From: Schmidtea polychroa
Lineage: Eukaryota
DNA length: 64,000 nt
Assembly (NCBI GenBank): GCA_044892525.1
Contig: CM097885.1
Coordinates: forward strand, 34,598,001 to 34,662,000
Direction: 5' to 3'
In this document: piece after piece, positions 12,009-25,199 of the stretch
How positions within the stretch are numbered: the stretch's first letter is position 1
Layout: every line of letters starts with the position of its first letter
Made by a program: the position numbers and the translations under genes
Notes under the pieces: model-generated
The model's database searches: none
What the model was told of the DNA's origin: nothing
What the model saw: only the letters and a program-made list of their open reading frames with translations

Positions 12009-13039
12009 CAGTTTAGCTGTCATGAAAGATGCATGTCGTGTCTCAGATTTTTGTGCGTTTGAGCCGCAAGATACTTGTGCCGTATCTTACTTACCCCATT
12101 ATATTTAGCCTCGTCGACCGCCATACGTGTAATAATAATAATACAAGTAATGTTTCTGCCGATTTGGCGTGGTTTTTGTATCGCGTCTGTGTGCGTGGTA
12201 TGATTAGACCGATTCTTGTTAGTGTGCGCACACAGACGCGAGAAGTAGGTTTTTATTTTTATATTGAAGTTTTATTTAGTTGGTAGAATTGAATTGATTG
12301 TAATTCTAGTAATTGTTTTCTGGAAGTTATAAAGTAAATTTTGGTAGAATTGAATTGATTGTAATTCTAGTAATTGTTTTCTGGAAGTTATAAAGTGAAT
12401 TTTGGTTTTAACTGGTTATATTTTGGGGAATTTTAAAAATGAAAAACTCTTGTATATTTTCTAGTATCATCCAAGATTTCGAAAATCTTAAAGTTTCATC
12501 GGAAAATGTTATTGAATCATCTGGTGAATATTATGACACTTCTATTAGACCAAGTGTTGACAGAATAATTGCCGCAAAAGATAGTGCTATATATGATACT
12601 GGAACTCCGTTTAGAATTACAAGTCAAACTATAGATTTTTGGTGAAATGCCACTAATAGTTTTGTTCATCGTTTCATGTCAAAGAATAATATAGCAGAAT
12701 TTGGAACTGCCGAAAAGAAGGAATATGATATTCTATTTAATCGAGCTCTTCAAAGGATAAACACAATTCAAATGTTTGCTAGCAAAAGTGTTGAACAATT
12801 ATCCAATGTTTTGAATTCAATATACGATCAATTAGTGACAAAAAACAAAGTATGGTTGAAAAAATATTATGATGACTTCACAGATAAAATGATAACAGTT
12901 GTGTTGGATTATATTTCTAAAGTTAATAAAGAAAGTCGGCTTCTGGGTCTTAATGTTTTCTGTAAACAAGTAATATTAGCCGAAAAACCGACTTGACCCA
13001 GGAGGATAATTTTTTCTTAACATTGTGGCCGCTAACGTG
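12009..13039 (+). mobile_element. Probable piggyBac-type non-autonomous element carrying an unrecognised interrupted ORF
   Basis: TTAA at 12005-12008 and 13040-13043. Imperfect TIRs CAGTTTAGCTGTCA versus CACGTTAGCGGCCA (10/14). CpG-rich left part and a ~61-bp tandem duplication at 12280-12400. Confidence 0.55.
12439..12996 (+). pseudogene. ~185-codon ORF of unknown family broken by one TGA (12643-12645)
   Basis: ORFs 12439-12645 and 12676-12996 are in the same frame, separated only by one stop codon. Composition looks protein-like, but I do not recognise a family. Confidence 0.45.
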
Positions 13040-14465
13040 TTAAATTATAATATATCATGAAATTTTAATTTATTATATATTAGAAACTTCACATTTCACT
13101 TGTTTGAAAATGATTCAAAATTATATTTTATTTGTATTAAATAAATTCTAAAGAATTTTAGGCGAATAGTATAATTTTGACTTTAAAATTAAAATTAGTT
13201 ATATTTTTATAAATTTAACTGAATTATTTAAAACTATTATATTTACTTGTATAAATATAGTTACATATAAAATTAGAATATAAAAAATTAATATTTTATT
13301 TAAAGATTTCGATTAAAACAATACTTTTGCTACTTACAAATTATTAATCATTTTACTTTATAATAATTTTTAATTAAATATATTTGAAAATATCCTGAAC
13401 TGTTTGAAACCGGACTAATCGGGGACCTAAATACATACAAAACTGATAATTGGTTCTAAATTAAAAATGTCTCTCTGTTTTTCAATAAATCAAATGCAAT
13501 TAATAAATTCAAATGACTTTTTAAAAAATAATTATGAAAATACAATATTTTTCGTAATTCATTTTTTATATTCTAAAACTTGAAATATCAATGTCCGCAT
13601 ATTTTTCTTCTTTGACTTTTTCTCTTCGTACAATTATTTTTCAACGTGAACCGCATCTCTTATCGTTTCTTCACATCAAGTCAACTGACATTCACTGTTA
13701 TGGGTATCTAATGCTATGAGATAAACCAAACAAAAGGAGACTTGACTGTATAAAGAGAAAAAACCGATCATTTATGTATAAAAAATAATTTTTTGTATTA
13801 ATTTTTTACAATTTATTTTATTCTTTCCAATTAAACGTAATATTTAAAAAAAGAAATTGACTATGAATCAGTAAAAATATTAAAAAATATCGATATCTTG
13901 ACTGATTCATAGTCAACATTTTTTTAAATACAATGTCAATTGAAAAAAGTCAGTGGTGAAAATTGAGACATTTTAAATAGTTTAAATAGTTTAAAGTGAT
14001 GATTTCTTGGTAGCAGCATTTATTATTTAGAATAACAGTTTGTTTTGAAATTTTAAAATCGGACTAAAGTGAATCTGGACTGATCAAAACCTGACTATGT
14101 AAGATATATAAGATATATAGAATATCAAATTTTTAAATGATATTTCGGTTATATAAAAAAAATAATAAAAATAAATACAAATAAATGCAAAAAATAAATA
14201 AATAAATTTTCAGATAAATTTCTAATAAAAATATCGAGTTATTGATTAAATCTTTTCTAATCTTACTTATTAGACTTTCATATATAAATAAACTTTATAA
14301 TTACAGGAAAAAAAATACAATAATTACTGATAAAATAGCAACAGTGTTAAATTTTTAAATGAAATTTTTTATATATTTTTTTGTTTTAAAATATTGATTT
14401 TATAGAAAAGCAAAATTCCAGTTTTTAATAAATAAAAATGTAAATTTTGCAAAGAATGAAATTAA

Positions 14466-14634
14466 TTAACCACTTAGAAACATTTCCAAATCTTTATCGT
14501 CTGACTTTCTACTAAGGGAAATTGCAGTATCCCCATTGTTATCAACACTGAGTATCGACGCTCCGTATTCTACTAACAATTGACATACAGATTTTCTTTT
14601 ATACCATGCTGCTTTATGAAGTGCTGTTTGACCT
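14466..14634 (-). CDS. DGKZ: Type IV diacylglycerol kinase, last identified exon (ankyrin repeats)
   Basis: ttttag| acceptor. Encodes GQTALHKAAWYKRKSVCQLLVEYGASILSVDNNGDTAISLSRKSDDKDLEMFLSG*, which aligns by eye to the DGKzeta/iota ankyrin tail. It either ends at TAA 14468-14466 or splices at G|GTTAAT (14470). The symbol denotes the DGKZ/DGKI/rdgA group. Confidence 0.9.
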
Positions 14635-14988
14635 CTAAAAAAAATTATAAATTTAATTTAAAATATTAATTTCATCTCAGAACAATTTTAGAAATTATTT
14701 AAACAAAGATACAATTACAAAAATCCATTATTTTAATTTTTTTTTGAGAATATCATATAAAATAATATAATAAAAAATATAAAAAAATTTATCGATTTGT
14801 ATCTGTATTATTTAAATAAAATAATTTTCAAATAATACTATAAACATCCAAATATTAATTAATACATCTTAAATTTGATATTTCATAATCCAAGTAATAA
14901 TTATCAAATTATTTTATATTATTGTTAAATTTTTTGTCTTAAATTATTAGCAATATAATTAAAAATAAAACTATAAATAATTTCTCAC

Positions 14989-15025
14989 TTTTCAATATCT
15001 TTGATATTAATAAGGCTTGATGAAC
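14989..15025 (-). CDS. DGKZ: DGK exon (37 nt, inter-ankyrin)
   Basis: aag| ... |gtgag. Encodes (C)SSSLINIKDIE(K); phases 1 and 2 match both neighbours. Confidence 0.85.
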
Positions 15026-15083
15026 CTTAATAAATATAAAAAAATAATTTACAAGTGAAATAATGACATATAGAGATATTTAC

Positions 15084-15242
15084 AGTTATCCAGGATCAGC
15101 TTCACTATGTCAACGTATCCGAACCTCACTGCGTGATGTAGACATGTCATCCCATTGACATCAATTTGATACAAATCTGCCCCATCTTCCATCAATTGTA
15201 TAACTTTATCAATATTTCCACGTTTGCACGAATCAATGAAAG
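15084..15242 (-). CDS. DGKZ: DGK exon (ankyrin repeats)
   Basis: tag| ... |gtaaat. Encodes (A)FIDSCKRGNIDKVIQLMEDGADLYQIDVNGMTCLHHAVRFGYVDIVKLILDN. Confidence 0.92.
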
Positions 15243-15936
15243 CTATTTTCAAAATTCGATAAAATAATATTTTAATAATTAAATCCAATTAAAATAATAA
15301 AATTAATTAAATTTGATAATTTGAACGAATTTCATTAATAACCTGTTGACATATCAGCCATTAATTGGTGATCTAGATTCTAGATCCTACTGACAATTTC
15401 GACATTGATTATTCAACTTTGTTTATATTTGATTTTAATTATTATTTGTTTTAAATTTAATTTTAATTCTTAATCAATTTATTTTAATTATTATTCATTA
15501 TATATTTAAATTTTGATAGTTTACGGTTTTTCTCTTTGATCTTTACATTTTTCAAAAATAATATTATATTTAAAAATTTATAGAGGTTAGTATAATTATT
15601 TAAGTAAATATGTAACAATTTTTGTTTACTTTTAATCATATAATTTATTTCCTACATTTTTGAAATTCCAAAAATATATGAGAAACAAATGTGTTTTCTT
15701 AGATAAAACAAACAACCTGTTTTGAAATTAATTGAATTTATACATCTAACAAAAATTGCAAAATATATATCTATATGTTCCACAAATTGTTGCGATTCCA
15801 GATTTTTGAAAACATTTTTAATTTTCTTTTGATCAGTTGAAAAAAACAAGGTGGCGAGAAAAAAGTTGATATTTAAACAACGTAATTTTTATTTATTACA
15901 TTTATAATGCATTTGTAATTTTAATTTAAATAAACT

Positions 15937-16071
<135 letters not shown>

Positions 16072-18149
16072 ATTAATTATATATTATATATATTAATAAT
16101 TTAATTTACTTATATATTATATAAGTAAATTAAATTATTTAATACTACAATTAGCTTAGATATGAACTAGAAAAGTTTAGAAATTTTAATTCATTAAATG
16201 TTTTAATTTTATTTATTTCTTGTTATACATAATTTATGACTTTAATATCCATATACTTTATATAGTTTTAACTGTCATATTTAATTAATAACATATTTAA
16301 ACTTATTGGAATCGAGTAAAATATTAAAAATCTGTAGGAACATTTTTCATAATTTTTTCGTAAAATTCAAGAAAAAATATATATTTCGAATGTTTAATAT
16401 TATTTAATATTATTTAATATTATTTAAACAAAAACCATTTCCCAATTTGTTGAGAATTTGATTAAATATAAATAATATTCAGAGTAATGTAATTATAGAA
16501 TTTCAACATACCACAAACATACGAATATATAATAATATTTTAAATACATCTTATAGTACGTACATTTAATAAATTAGTGTGTTTTTCCTAAACAAGCGAA
16601 ACCGATTCTTGATAACATTCGGACTAAATTTTCTCATTTTATCTTCAACGTATCTTTTTCAAATATTTTTGATAATGTTTAGGTCCCAGAAAAATTCTGA
16701 CAATATAAATATATTTTTGTGAAAATCTTTAATATTAATTATATGGCGAACTTTAGATTTGGGAATGCTGAAAAGTAACACTCAAAAAGCCAATGTCAGA
16801 AAATCTGTGTTAAATATAAAAATCATTGATCTAAAGTCGAAAATTTAACAAAGACAAATAAATATGTTAAATTGAATAAACTATTATTCTAATGTTTAAA
16901 GAATTACTTTTAAGCAGAAAATAATGTCTTTGTGATTAAAAATAACTGAAACGACAAAACATTATGTCCAGCACTATGACTTGGTAAATATATACCTGAT
17001 ATGTAATTATAAAACCTAATATCATAATAGTTGTTGTTATTTTTAGAAAATGTTAATTATTACGCTTTCTGAAAAATAGATCCCGTGTGTAAATTTTAAT
17101 GGATTTGTAAGTGCAATTTTACCAATTACATTCTCGAAAAAAAAATAAGAATTTAGATTTTCAATTGAAATGGAGAAGATGGAGAGAATTCCCGATAAAT
17201 AATTTTCCTATGCCTTCCGTAAAATGTCAAACGATTCATTAATAATCCAATTTCACTAATTTACATCTAAGAAGAAAAAGTAATATTGTAAATCTACAAA
17301 AAATATTCGTTACCGCGTATTTATTCTGTGCGGGAATAAATTGAAATTATCAGTTCCGTACATCTGATTGATAAAATGTTATATCTAATAAATGGAATAA
17401 AAGTTTTTGAACCTCTGATAAGAAATGTAAAAAAAATACTTTTTTTTCGTAATTTGTCTTTTTTAATGGTTATGTTTTTGATTTTTCCGCTTTTCTTTCT
17501 TGTATATAATTTAGTTTAATTTGTTAATTTCTTTATTTATTAAAAATGTATTTATTTATTTATTTATGTATAATTGTCAGTATTCATCTAGGTTTTAGAC
17601 GAAAAATAGTTTAATGCATTTTTCTGGTGTCAAAATTCATAAATAGATGATCTTCATTGAAAACATTTGTCATTCTGGTTTGTAATTTTGTTGTTTTAAT
17701 TGCATTTCACTAGCACAAGTACAGTAAAACAATGTCGTTTAAAAATCATCATATCTCAAAATGTGTAAATACAAAAGTTTTACTCTTTGATAGATTAGGG
17801 ACTGGCGAATTCAGAGTTTTTCATTTTTCTTTGACATCTTAATTACCAAATTTCATTATGATTTAATAATTAATAATTCCAAGGATTTACAAATATAAAT
17901 TGAAATTTATTATAATTGAGAAAATAATAAACTTCTGTCAGAAATTAGTTCTGAATCTGTTCCCTGTGTTCAGTAGAAAAATCAAAGAAGAAACTCAATA
18001 AAATATATTTATTGATTATCAAGAATATAATTCGTTTACAACAATTATTGATATATTTGGGGTAGATCTTTCAAGGATTTTACCGTCTGTGGGAAATTTT
18101 TAAATTCCAATTGTAAACTAATGCCTTAAGATTTGCTTATCTTGTTAAT

Positions 18150-18990
18150 GTGCGCTGGTTTGTTTTGACAAGAGGCAAATTACAGAAATTTATTAATGAA
18201 AATGAAAGTCAGCATAATAAATATGCTAGGCCAAGTACAGTAGGCAAGCTACTGTATGGGGTGTTTAATATTCATGTGTGCCATTTTAAGGACGCGGGAA
18301 CAATCATCCATTCTCGTTTTTCTTGTGTTATTGATAGAAGCCCCGTTGATTTTCATATGTTTTTCTGGAGCCTTTAATCACTCTATCTATCATTTTGTTC
18401 TTTATGGGCATGTCTTCTTCATATCTGAGTCCCAATTTTCTGAATACATCATTATTCCGTTTGTCCCATGTTCCGAGGGAACATACCACGAATGTTTCTA
18501 CTGTTGTATATGTGTTTGTTGGTTCTTGGATGTCTTGTGCTAATTTTCTGTATTTGTTTTGGTTTTTTGTTCTTGATGCTTCAATGGTTGGATGGTCATC
18601 AAATGGGCATTTTGCATCTATTATCATTATGTGATCCTTTAATCTGGCTACAATGTCTGGTTTTAACATTTCCATCGCTTCTTTTGGTTTTTTTCTGTTT
18701 CAAAATTGATTCCTTTTTTCCTTGATATTTCTTCCAGTGCTTACTGTTTTCATTTATATGGCCTGATTTTCATCAATTATTCCGGTTAATTTCCTGTTTT
18801 ATATCCACTCTTCTTTATCAACAAGCAATTATTGAAACAATTCTCTTCAAACGATTTACGAAGTTAATCAACTGTCAAATCTTGGTTTTTCACAATGATT
18901 GATGAAATTTTCTTGAATAACAAATGGGATTAATTAACTATTTATTTATCTTTTACCCTTCTTGAGATCTTCCTTCATTTTAAAATTATT
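18150..18990 (-). mobile_element. 5'-truncated non-LTR retrotransposon with restriction-like endonuclease (R2/NeSL/R4 group), decayed
   Basis: ORF 18328-18675 has LKPDIV..IIDAKCPF..K..KY..L..VVCSLGTW, the PD-(D/E)xK REL signature. An upstream remnant ENFINHC resembles the CCHC knuckle. AATAAA on the minus strand at ~18190. Boundaries are approximate. Confidence 0.8.
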
Positions 18991-19010
18991 TCATTCGTCT
19001 TCAAATTTTA

Positions 19011-19317
<307 letters not shown>

Positions 19318-22300
19318 TAATAGATTTAAAAACAATTTATATTTAATTTGATGATTTTTAAATGTATTTTGAAACATTTGCAATTTTTCGATTGAAACTA
19401 AATTCACATTTAATTGTTTTGCAAATCCTCAAAATTGTTTCATGGAAGTAATTTATTTAAAGTCTAGAAATATAAATAAACAAAAATGTTTATTGACGAA
19501 GACCTTCAGTTTAAATAATTGCACAATTAATTTCTATTCATTATTCTCACTTTCAAATGAGTGATAGAAATCTCTCCTCATTTTAGGTTTTTACTCCATC
19601 AAAGAAACGAAAATTCAACAAAAGCATGAGAAAGTCGAAGTTGAGTTTAATTTTAAACAAACGAAATATTTTGAAATCGCAAATAAACATTGAACAATTG
19701 AGGCAGGTAAGAACGACACTAGAATATCTGTGAAATATATGTTTATTTTTTCATTGGTTTTCTTTTTATCCATTGTTGTTTAAATTGATCATGGAAAGTC
19801 AGGATTTGTATATCTTTTTCTGGAACTTATTAATATTGACTTTTATAAATTAATTTTAATGAGATTATCTAGACATAAAATTGAAATGTTTTCGTTGAAA
19901 AAATATTTCACTAACAAATGTATTATGGGGCGATTTTAATGATTTCAATTAAAAAGAATGGTACAGATTCCAAGGTTTACTTTAAAATGAAATTAAATTA
20001 AATCGCTTGTTTTCAATTAAACAAAATATAATTGATTTCCTTTAGAAAAACTTAATTTTAAAACAAATTTTTTTATGCTATAAATGAACAATTATACAAT
20101 CAAATAACAAATTAAGACGAACAAAATCATCAAATGAACATTCTAACCTTTTATAAGGAAGTTTAAGAGATTTATTTAATAGTTGAAAATTTATTGTTTG
20201 TACACTTTAAACTTGGTTTAATTGTTAATTAATTAATTATTTATTAGTTATTTAACGCTTATTAATGATATTTTTACTATTATTATTATTATTATTATTG
20301 TTATTATTATTGATTATTGATTATTATTGATTATTATTGATTATTGATTATTATTTATTATTATTTATTATTATTTATTATTATTTATTATTAATAATTA
20401 TTATTCATTATTATTATTAAACAAAATCAATAAAAATTTTATTTTAAATGTTTTTAATTATAATAAATATCATGTATAATATCAATGACTATAATTAGAT
20501 TTTCAACTCGCGTTGACATATATAAAATGATTGGGAAAGAATTTGTAGGGAATTTATTTATGGAATTCCTAACATTTGATTAATTTAGGAAAATTTATTA
20601 TCGAAAAATATGATAAATCTGTTAACTTATTTAATTTATTAATCATTCAGTACAATTGTCATAATCTATCGGTAGAATTGTAAATAAAATTTCCCCGATA
20701 TCCAGGATTCATTTTGGTGATTTTATCTGTGGAGTTCTGTGGCGTGTCAAATGAGTTTCTAAGACATGGTGACTGAAGCATGAAATATTCGATAGAGTGA
20801 GATATCATAGGAAAATAATAAACACTGAATTTTAGCAAAATTGTTTATCCGATTCAAACAAATGATTTAACAAATAAGCTAAAATAAAATTTAAAAGAAA
20901 AAAAAATCGTTTTCTTGAAATAGAAACTTTCATTTTAATTTATTGAAATTTCGAATTTCGGTAAATTGTTTTTTCAAGAATTTTGAAGGCTTTTTTTATG
21001 ACAATCAACCAATTGAAAATTTCTGTAATTTTTACACAATTAACTTTTATAATTTATTTTTGATTATTTGTGTTGGAATATTAAAGAGGTAAGTTAGGAA
21101 AATGTTTATTTAAGATATCTGGCGATTTTAAATAAAATTTTAAATGTATTCAATTTTCAAATAACAATAATCATGATATTATGTCACTAATCCTTTCTTT
21201 TTGTTTGAACTAAGTACAAGTAGCCCTGTGGAAAACAGCTTCAAACTAATAATAAATTTCAGCACTAAAAAATGATTTATTAATCCTTTTTAACAACATG
21301 TTAAACGCTAGTTCTAGTTAAATAATTCTTGAATTTTTCTGGAGCAAATGATGTTATTATAGCTCCTGGTATCAATTTTCATCAAATCTAATGTGGATTC
21401 ATAAGTCCTTCCACACTTGACAAGCTAATGTCACTTCTGCGAAGTTGGAGAACTCATTAGCTTGAATAATGGATTTAATTGATTAATTAATTAATTAATT
21501 AATTAATTAATTTTTTAAATGGCTTCTTATGAAGTTGAAATTATTAAATTCTTATTTCTTTTTTATTTCTCATCTACTCTTAGAAAAATTGAATTTTAAA
21601 ACTTTTAAATTTCAATTTTTTACACTATATTTAATTTTTGAATTGTTGTTTTTAATTTTTTTTTTTAATTGATTTTTCATATAATTTTCGCGCATTTTAT
21701 TTTTTATTCCTTTTCACTCCTTAAAAAATCCTAACATTTAGGATGAGTTTCATCTGTTTGATAAAACATAATTGGAATTAAATGATTATTTAAACGTTTA
21801 AGAAATATGATTTAATAATTAATAATTAAATTTTTTAATATTATAATTAAATTTTAATTATTAAATTTTGACATTTTAATATTATAAAAGTAAAACCTTT
21901 TTTATAAGATTATGAAAATTAGTGAAATAAGTTTTATATATATTTTTAATTCATTTTTTGTTTTAATATTCAACGGTAAATTATAAATTTTTACGAAATA
22001 GAAAATATAATTTGTTTAACTTTTAATTTTTGAACTTATTATTCTAATCGTTTATTTTTTGACATTTTTTGTAACATTTAACTTGAAAAACGAATTAAAC
22101 ATTTTTAAATGTAAACTTTTTAACGGGAATTATTAAGAAAGAAACAAATGAAATTTTTAAATTATTCAAACAATAAATATTTGATTTATCTTTTTTTATG
22201 GGTTCATAGAAAATCGGAATTCTATCATTTGCATTGGTGGGACCGCATTGTGTTTTTGGTTGTTTTGTCAGAATCTTTTTGTGGGCAAATGAGCCTAGTA

Positions 22301-23141
22301 ACAAATTAGGAGCAACTGGTTGTTTTTCATTGATAAAGTTGTTGAAATTCTCAACACATTACTTTTTTCTACAAAAGTCAATTGTAATGTTTTTCTATAT
22401 TGTGTCCATTTTACTTGTTTGGTCTGTCAAATATTTTGATACATGGTAAGAATGCAATTAAGAATATTATAAACATTTTATCTCTTTTAGGAAACACAAA
22501 ATTGTTTTAAAATTAAAAAAGTAAATTATTTTAAAATGTTATTTTATTTATTTATATATAGAAAGAATTTAAAATATAAACTATAGTTTCAAATTATGTA
22601 CGAAAATCTTGAATGTTGAAATTTTAAAATATCTGTTAAAATTGTCGATATCAGAATTTTTATTTGTTATTTACACTGTTATTAAATAAAATAATTTTTT
22701 TTTATTTTTCTTTATAATTTAAGTTAATGTGTACTCAGTTTTATTAAACACGATTTAAATTAAAAGATTTCGAATGTTCACTTGAAAATTCATTTCAAAT
22801 TCAATTGAAAAAGGCAGTGCCGAAAATTCGTGAGTATCAAAAAACATCGATATATTACTGATTTATAGTCTTCAAGCTCTCTTTTTAATAATTTTTTTTA
22901 ATATTCAAAGAAAAATTAATTTAAAAATGTTAAAATTAAATAATTAAAAATATTTTAATAAAAAACATCAAAAACTGTAATAAATATTTAATTTTAAGAA
23001 TTTATGAACGTGATTTAATTCATGATCATTTTAGTACAATAAACATTAAAACTTAGAATGAAATATTTACTTGAAAGTCTCATTAATTAAAACTGTCATT
23101 ATTAAAATTATAAAAATAATTTTAAATATTTTTAGACGAAG

Positions 23142-23198
<57 letters not shown>

Positions 23199-23204
23199 TA
23201 TTAC

Positions 23205-23302
23205 CTTTATTTAACATATCCATGTACGAATTTCTTCTCTGTTGTAATCGCTTTTCCATTGATGGAGGGATTAGAGAAGCTGTGTTGGAATCAGTTGTAA
23301 CG
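23205..23302 (-). CDS. DGKZ: DGK exon (linker)
   Basis: ttccttag| ... G|gtaata. Encodes VTTDSNTASLIPPSMEKRLQQRRNSYMDMLNK; the phase-1 end matches the ankyrin exon. Confidence 0.75.
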
Positions 23303-23344
23303 CTAAGGAAAATTAAACATTGAAATAAAATGAAAATGACAAAC

Positions 23345-23567
23345 TTGCATGAGCACCTCCTTTGCATAAATGCTTCAGCCAATACAGCTTTTTGAGACTC
23401 TTTTGAAATTCCTTCATCAATTAAATGTTGAAGTATTAATTCAGGAAGTGGTGGAGCATTTCTTAATTTATTATCTAGAATATAAATATCTTCTGAGCTG
23501 ATATCAGTAACAAAATGCATTGATTCTTGAGCGCGATCTATTCTAAAGAACCTTTCAGTTGTTGTGG
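23345..23567 (-). CDS. DGKZ: DGK exon
   Basis: Encodes (S)TTTERFFRIDRAQESMHFVTDISSEDIYILD..., matching the DGKzeta motif [31 protein letters not shown]. The donor is ambiguous (GT at 23344 or 23356). Confidence 0.88.
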
Positions 23568-23616
23568 CTAGTTAAAGAAAGTTTTTTTAATATATTTATA
23601 ATAAAAAATTACTAAC

Positions 23617-23680
23617 AGTCCAAAAATATCCAATCATCGGATAGTTTTATATTGCCAATTGGAGTGACAAGATCAGTATC
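23617..23680 (-). CDS. DGKZ: DGK exon
   Basis: ttttag| ... |gttagt. Encodes DTDLVTPIGNIKLSDDWIFLD (compare KLSPKWCFLD). Confidence 0.9.
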
Positions 23681-24002
23681 CTAAAATTACATATTAAGGG
23701 AAATGAATAAGAATAAAAATTAAAATTAAAATTAAAATAAGAATAAATAGTAGAAGAAGAAAAAGAAAAAAAAGTAAAATAGAAGAAATAATAATTCAAG
23801 GCCAATTTAAGCGGTGAGGCAATGTAATATTAGTTAGGGTATCAAGATCTAAGGGTTCTAAGGATTGACAAAACACCAGAAAAAATTAGAGTTACACATG
23901 ATAAAAAATCGTGAAAAAATATGTAAAATATAAATAAGAAAAATAGGAATATATTATTTTAATTAGTCACAGAAGACACGAAGGAAATTGCAAACTCAAA
24001 TC

Positions 24003-24149
24003 AGTAGTGATGGAACTAGTCCTTCCAGCTCAAAAAACCGACACCCGAGACCTTAGAATACCATTTAACACTCACTAACGTTCGGTTGGGGATGTTTGAG
24101 TAAGAAGGTATCTGGAATTTGAGCTGGAAGGAATAGTTCCCTCACTGCT
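24003..24149. mobile_element. Small hairpin MITE-like element with 32-bp TIRs
   Basis: AGTAGTGATGGAACTAGTCCTTCCAGCTCAAA versus reverse complement AGCAGTGAGGGAACTATTCCTTCCAGCTCAAA (29/32). No clear TSD. Confidence 0.6.
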
Positions 24150-25199
24150 CTATTAAACTATAAAATCTGTAAATTTCAAAACTAATAAAAATTTAAAGCG
24201 TAATAAAATGAGAAAAATCGACAGCCTAGATGACTCAATGGTAATCTATTCAACAAAAATCAATAATAGACACGGTTAAAATCCCAAGTAAAACTATTTT
24301 TTATAAACTAATTTTAATTCTGTTTTAATATAACAACTATTAAGGAAATTTATTTTTTTGTGTCGGAGGATATTTTTAGAAGAAAAAAATCAGGAACAAG
24401 TCTCAAAGGTGAGCTGAAGAAATATTCGATGCGCTGGACAGTAACCTGACATTAATGTCATTATCAAATTTTGTTATATTTAATTTAATGCGATTATTTT
24501 TTTTCATTTTTAAATGGTTGTTTAATTGTTTTATTTTTTCCTTATGAAATTAACAAAAAAAAGTTTATGATATAATTTTCTTTAATGCTGTGAAATATTT
24601 TTTCTGTAATTGAAACTCAAATTTTTCAAAGATTCTCCTCAGTCAGAGAAACTGATGAAATTGTTGTCAATTGGATATGGTTATTTCTAAAATAGGTAAT
24701 TGAATTCGATGAGTGAACATATATTATCCGGGAAAAAATTTAATTTAAAAATATTTGATTAATCAGTGACTGAAATAAAGTTTGTGAATTTTGTTATTAT
24801 TTTTCCGATTATTTTTAAAATATTTTTATTGCTTTCTTGGTAAACTTGACAATTAAAAATTCAAAAAGACAAAAGAATAAAATTTTGTCTAAATGTATCT
24901 AATTATTAAAATTTATTTATAGAATTGAAATTCAATATCAAAAGAATTTACAGGTAAAATAAAACAAAAAATAAAAAATAAAAATAATAAATAAAATAAT
25001 AAATAAATAAAAATAAATAAATAAAAATAATGCCAGTTTTTTTCTCAGTTAATAGTAGGTAGATAGTAGCGCACGGGAACAATTACCCCCCGGGGGGGGG
25101 GGGGGGGGGGGGGGTAAAATTGTTCCAACTTTTTATTACGCAATTGTTCCAACTCACATTTTTTGCTTTCAGGGATTTTTGGTACAAATTTTTTTTTAT

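Noticed and set aside
22095..22449. Higher-GC stretch considered as an additional DGK exon
   Set aside because: The obvious acceptor gives a stop in the required phase, and there is no DGK similarity.
24222..24290. tRNA-like A/B boxes (TAGATGACTCAATGG ... GGTTAAAATCC)
   Set aside because: No cloverleaf can be formed; at most a decayed SINE head, too weak to call.
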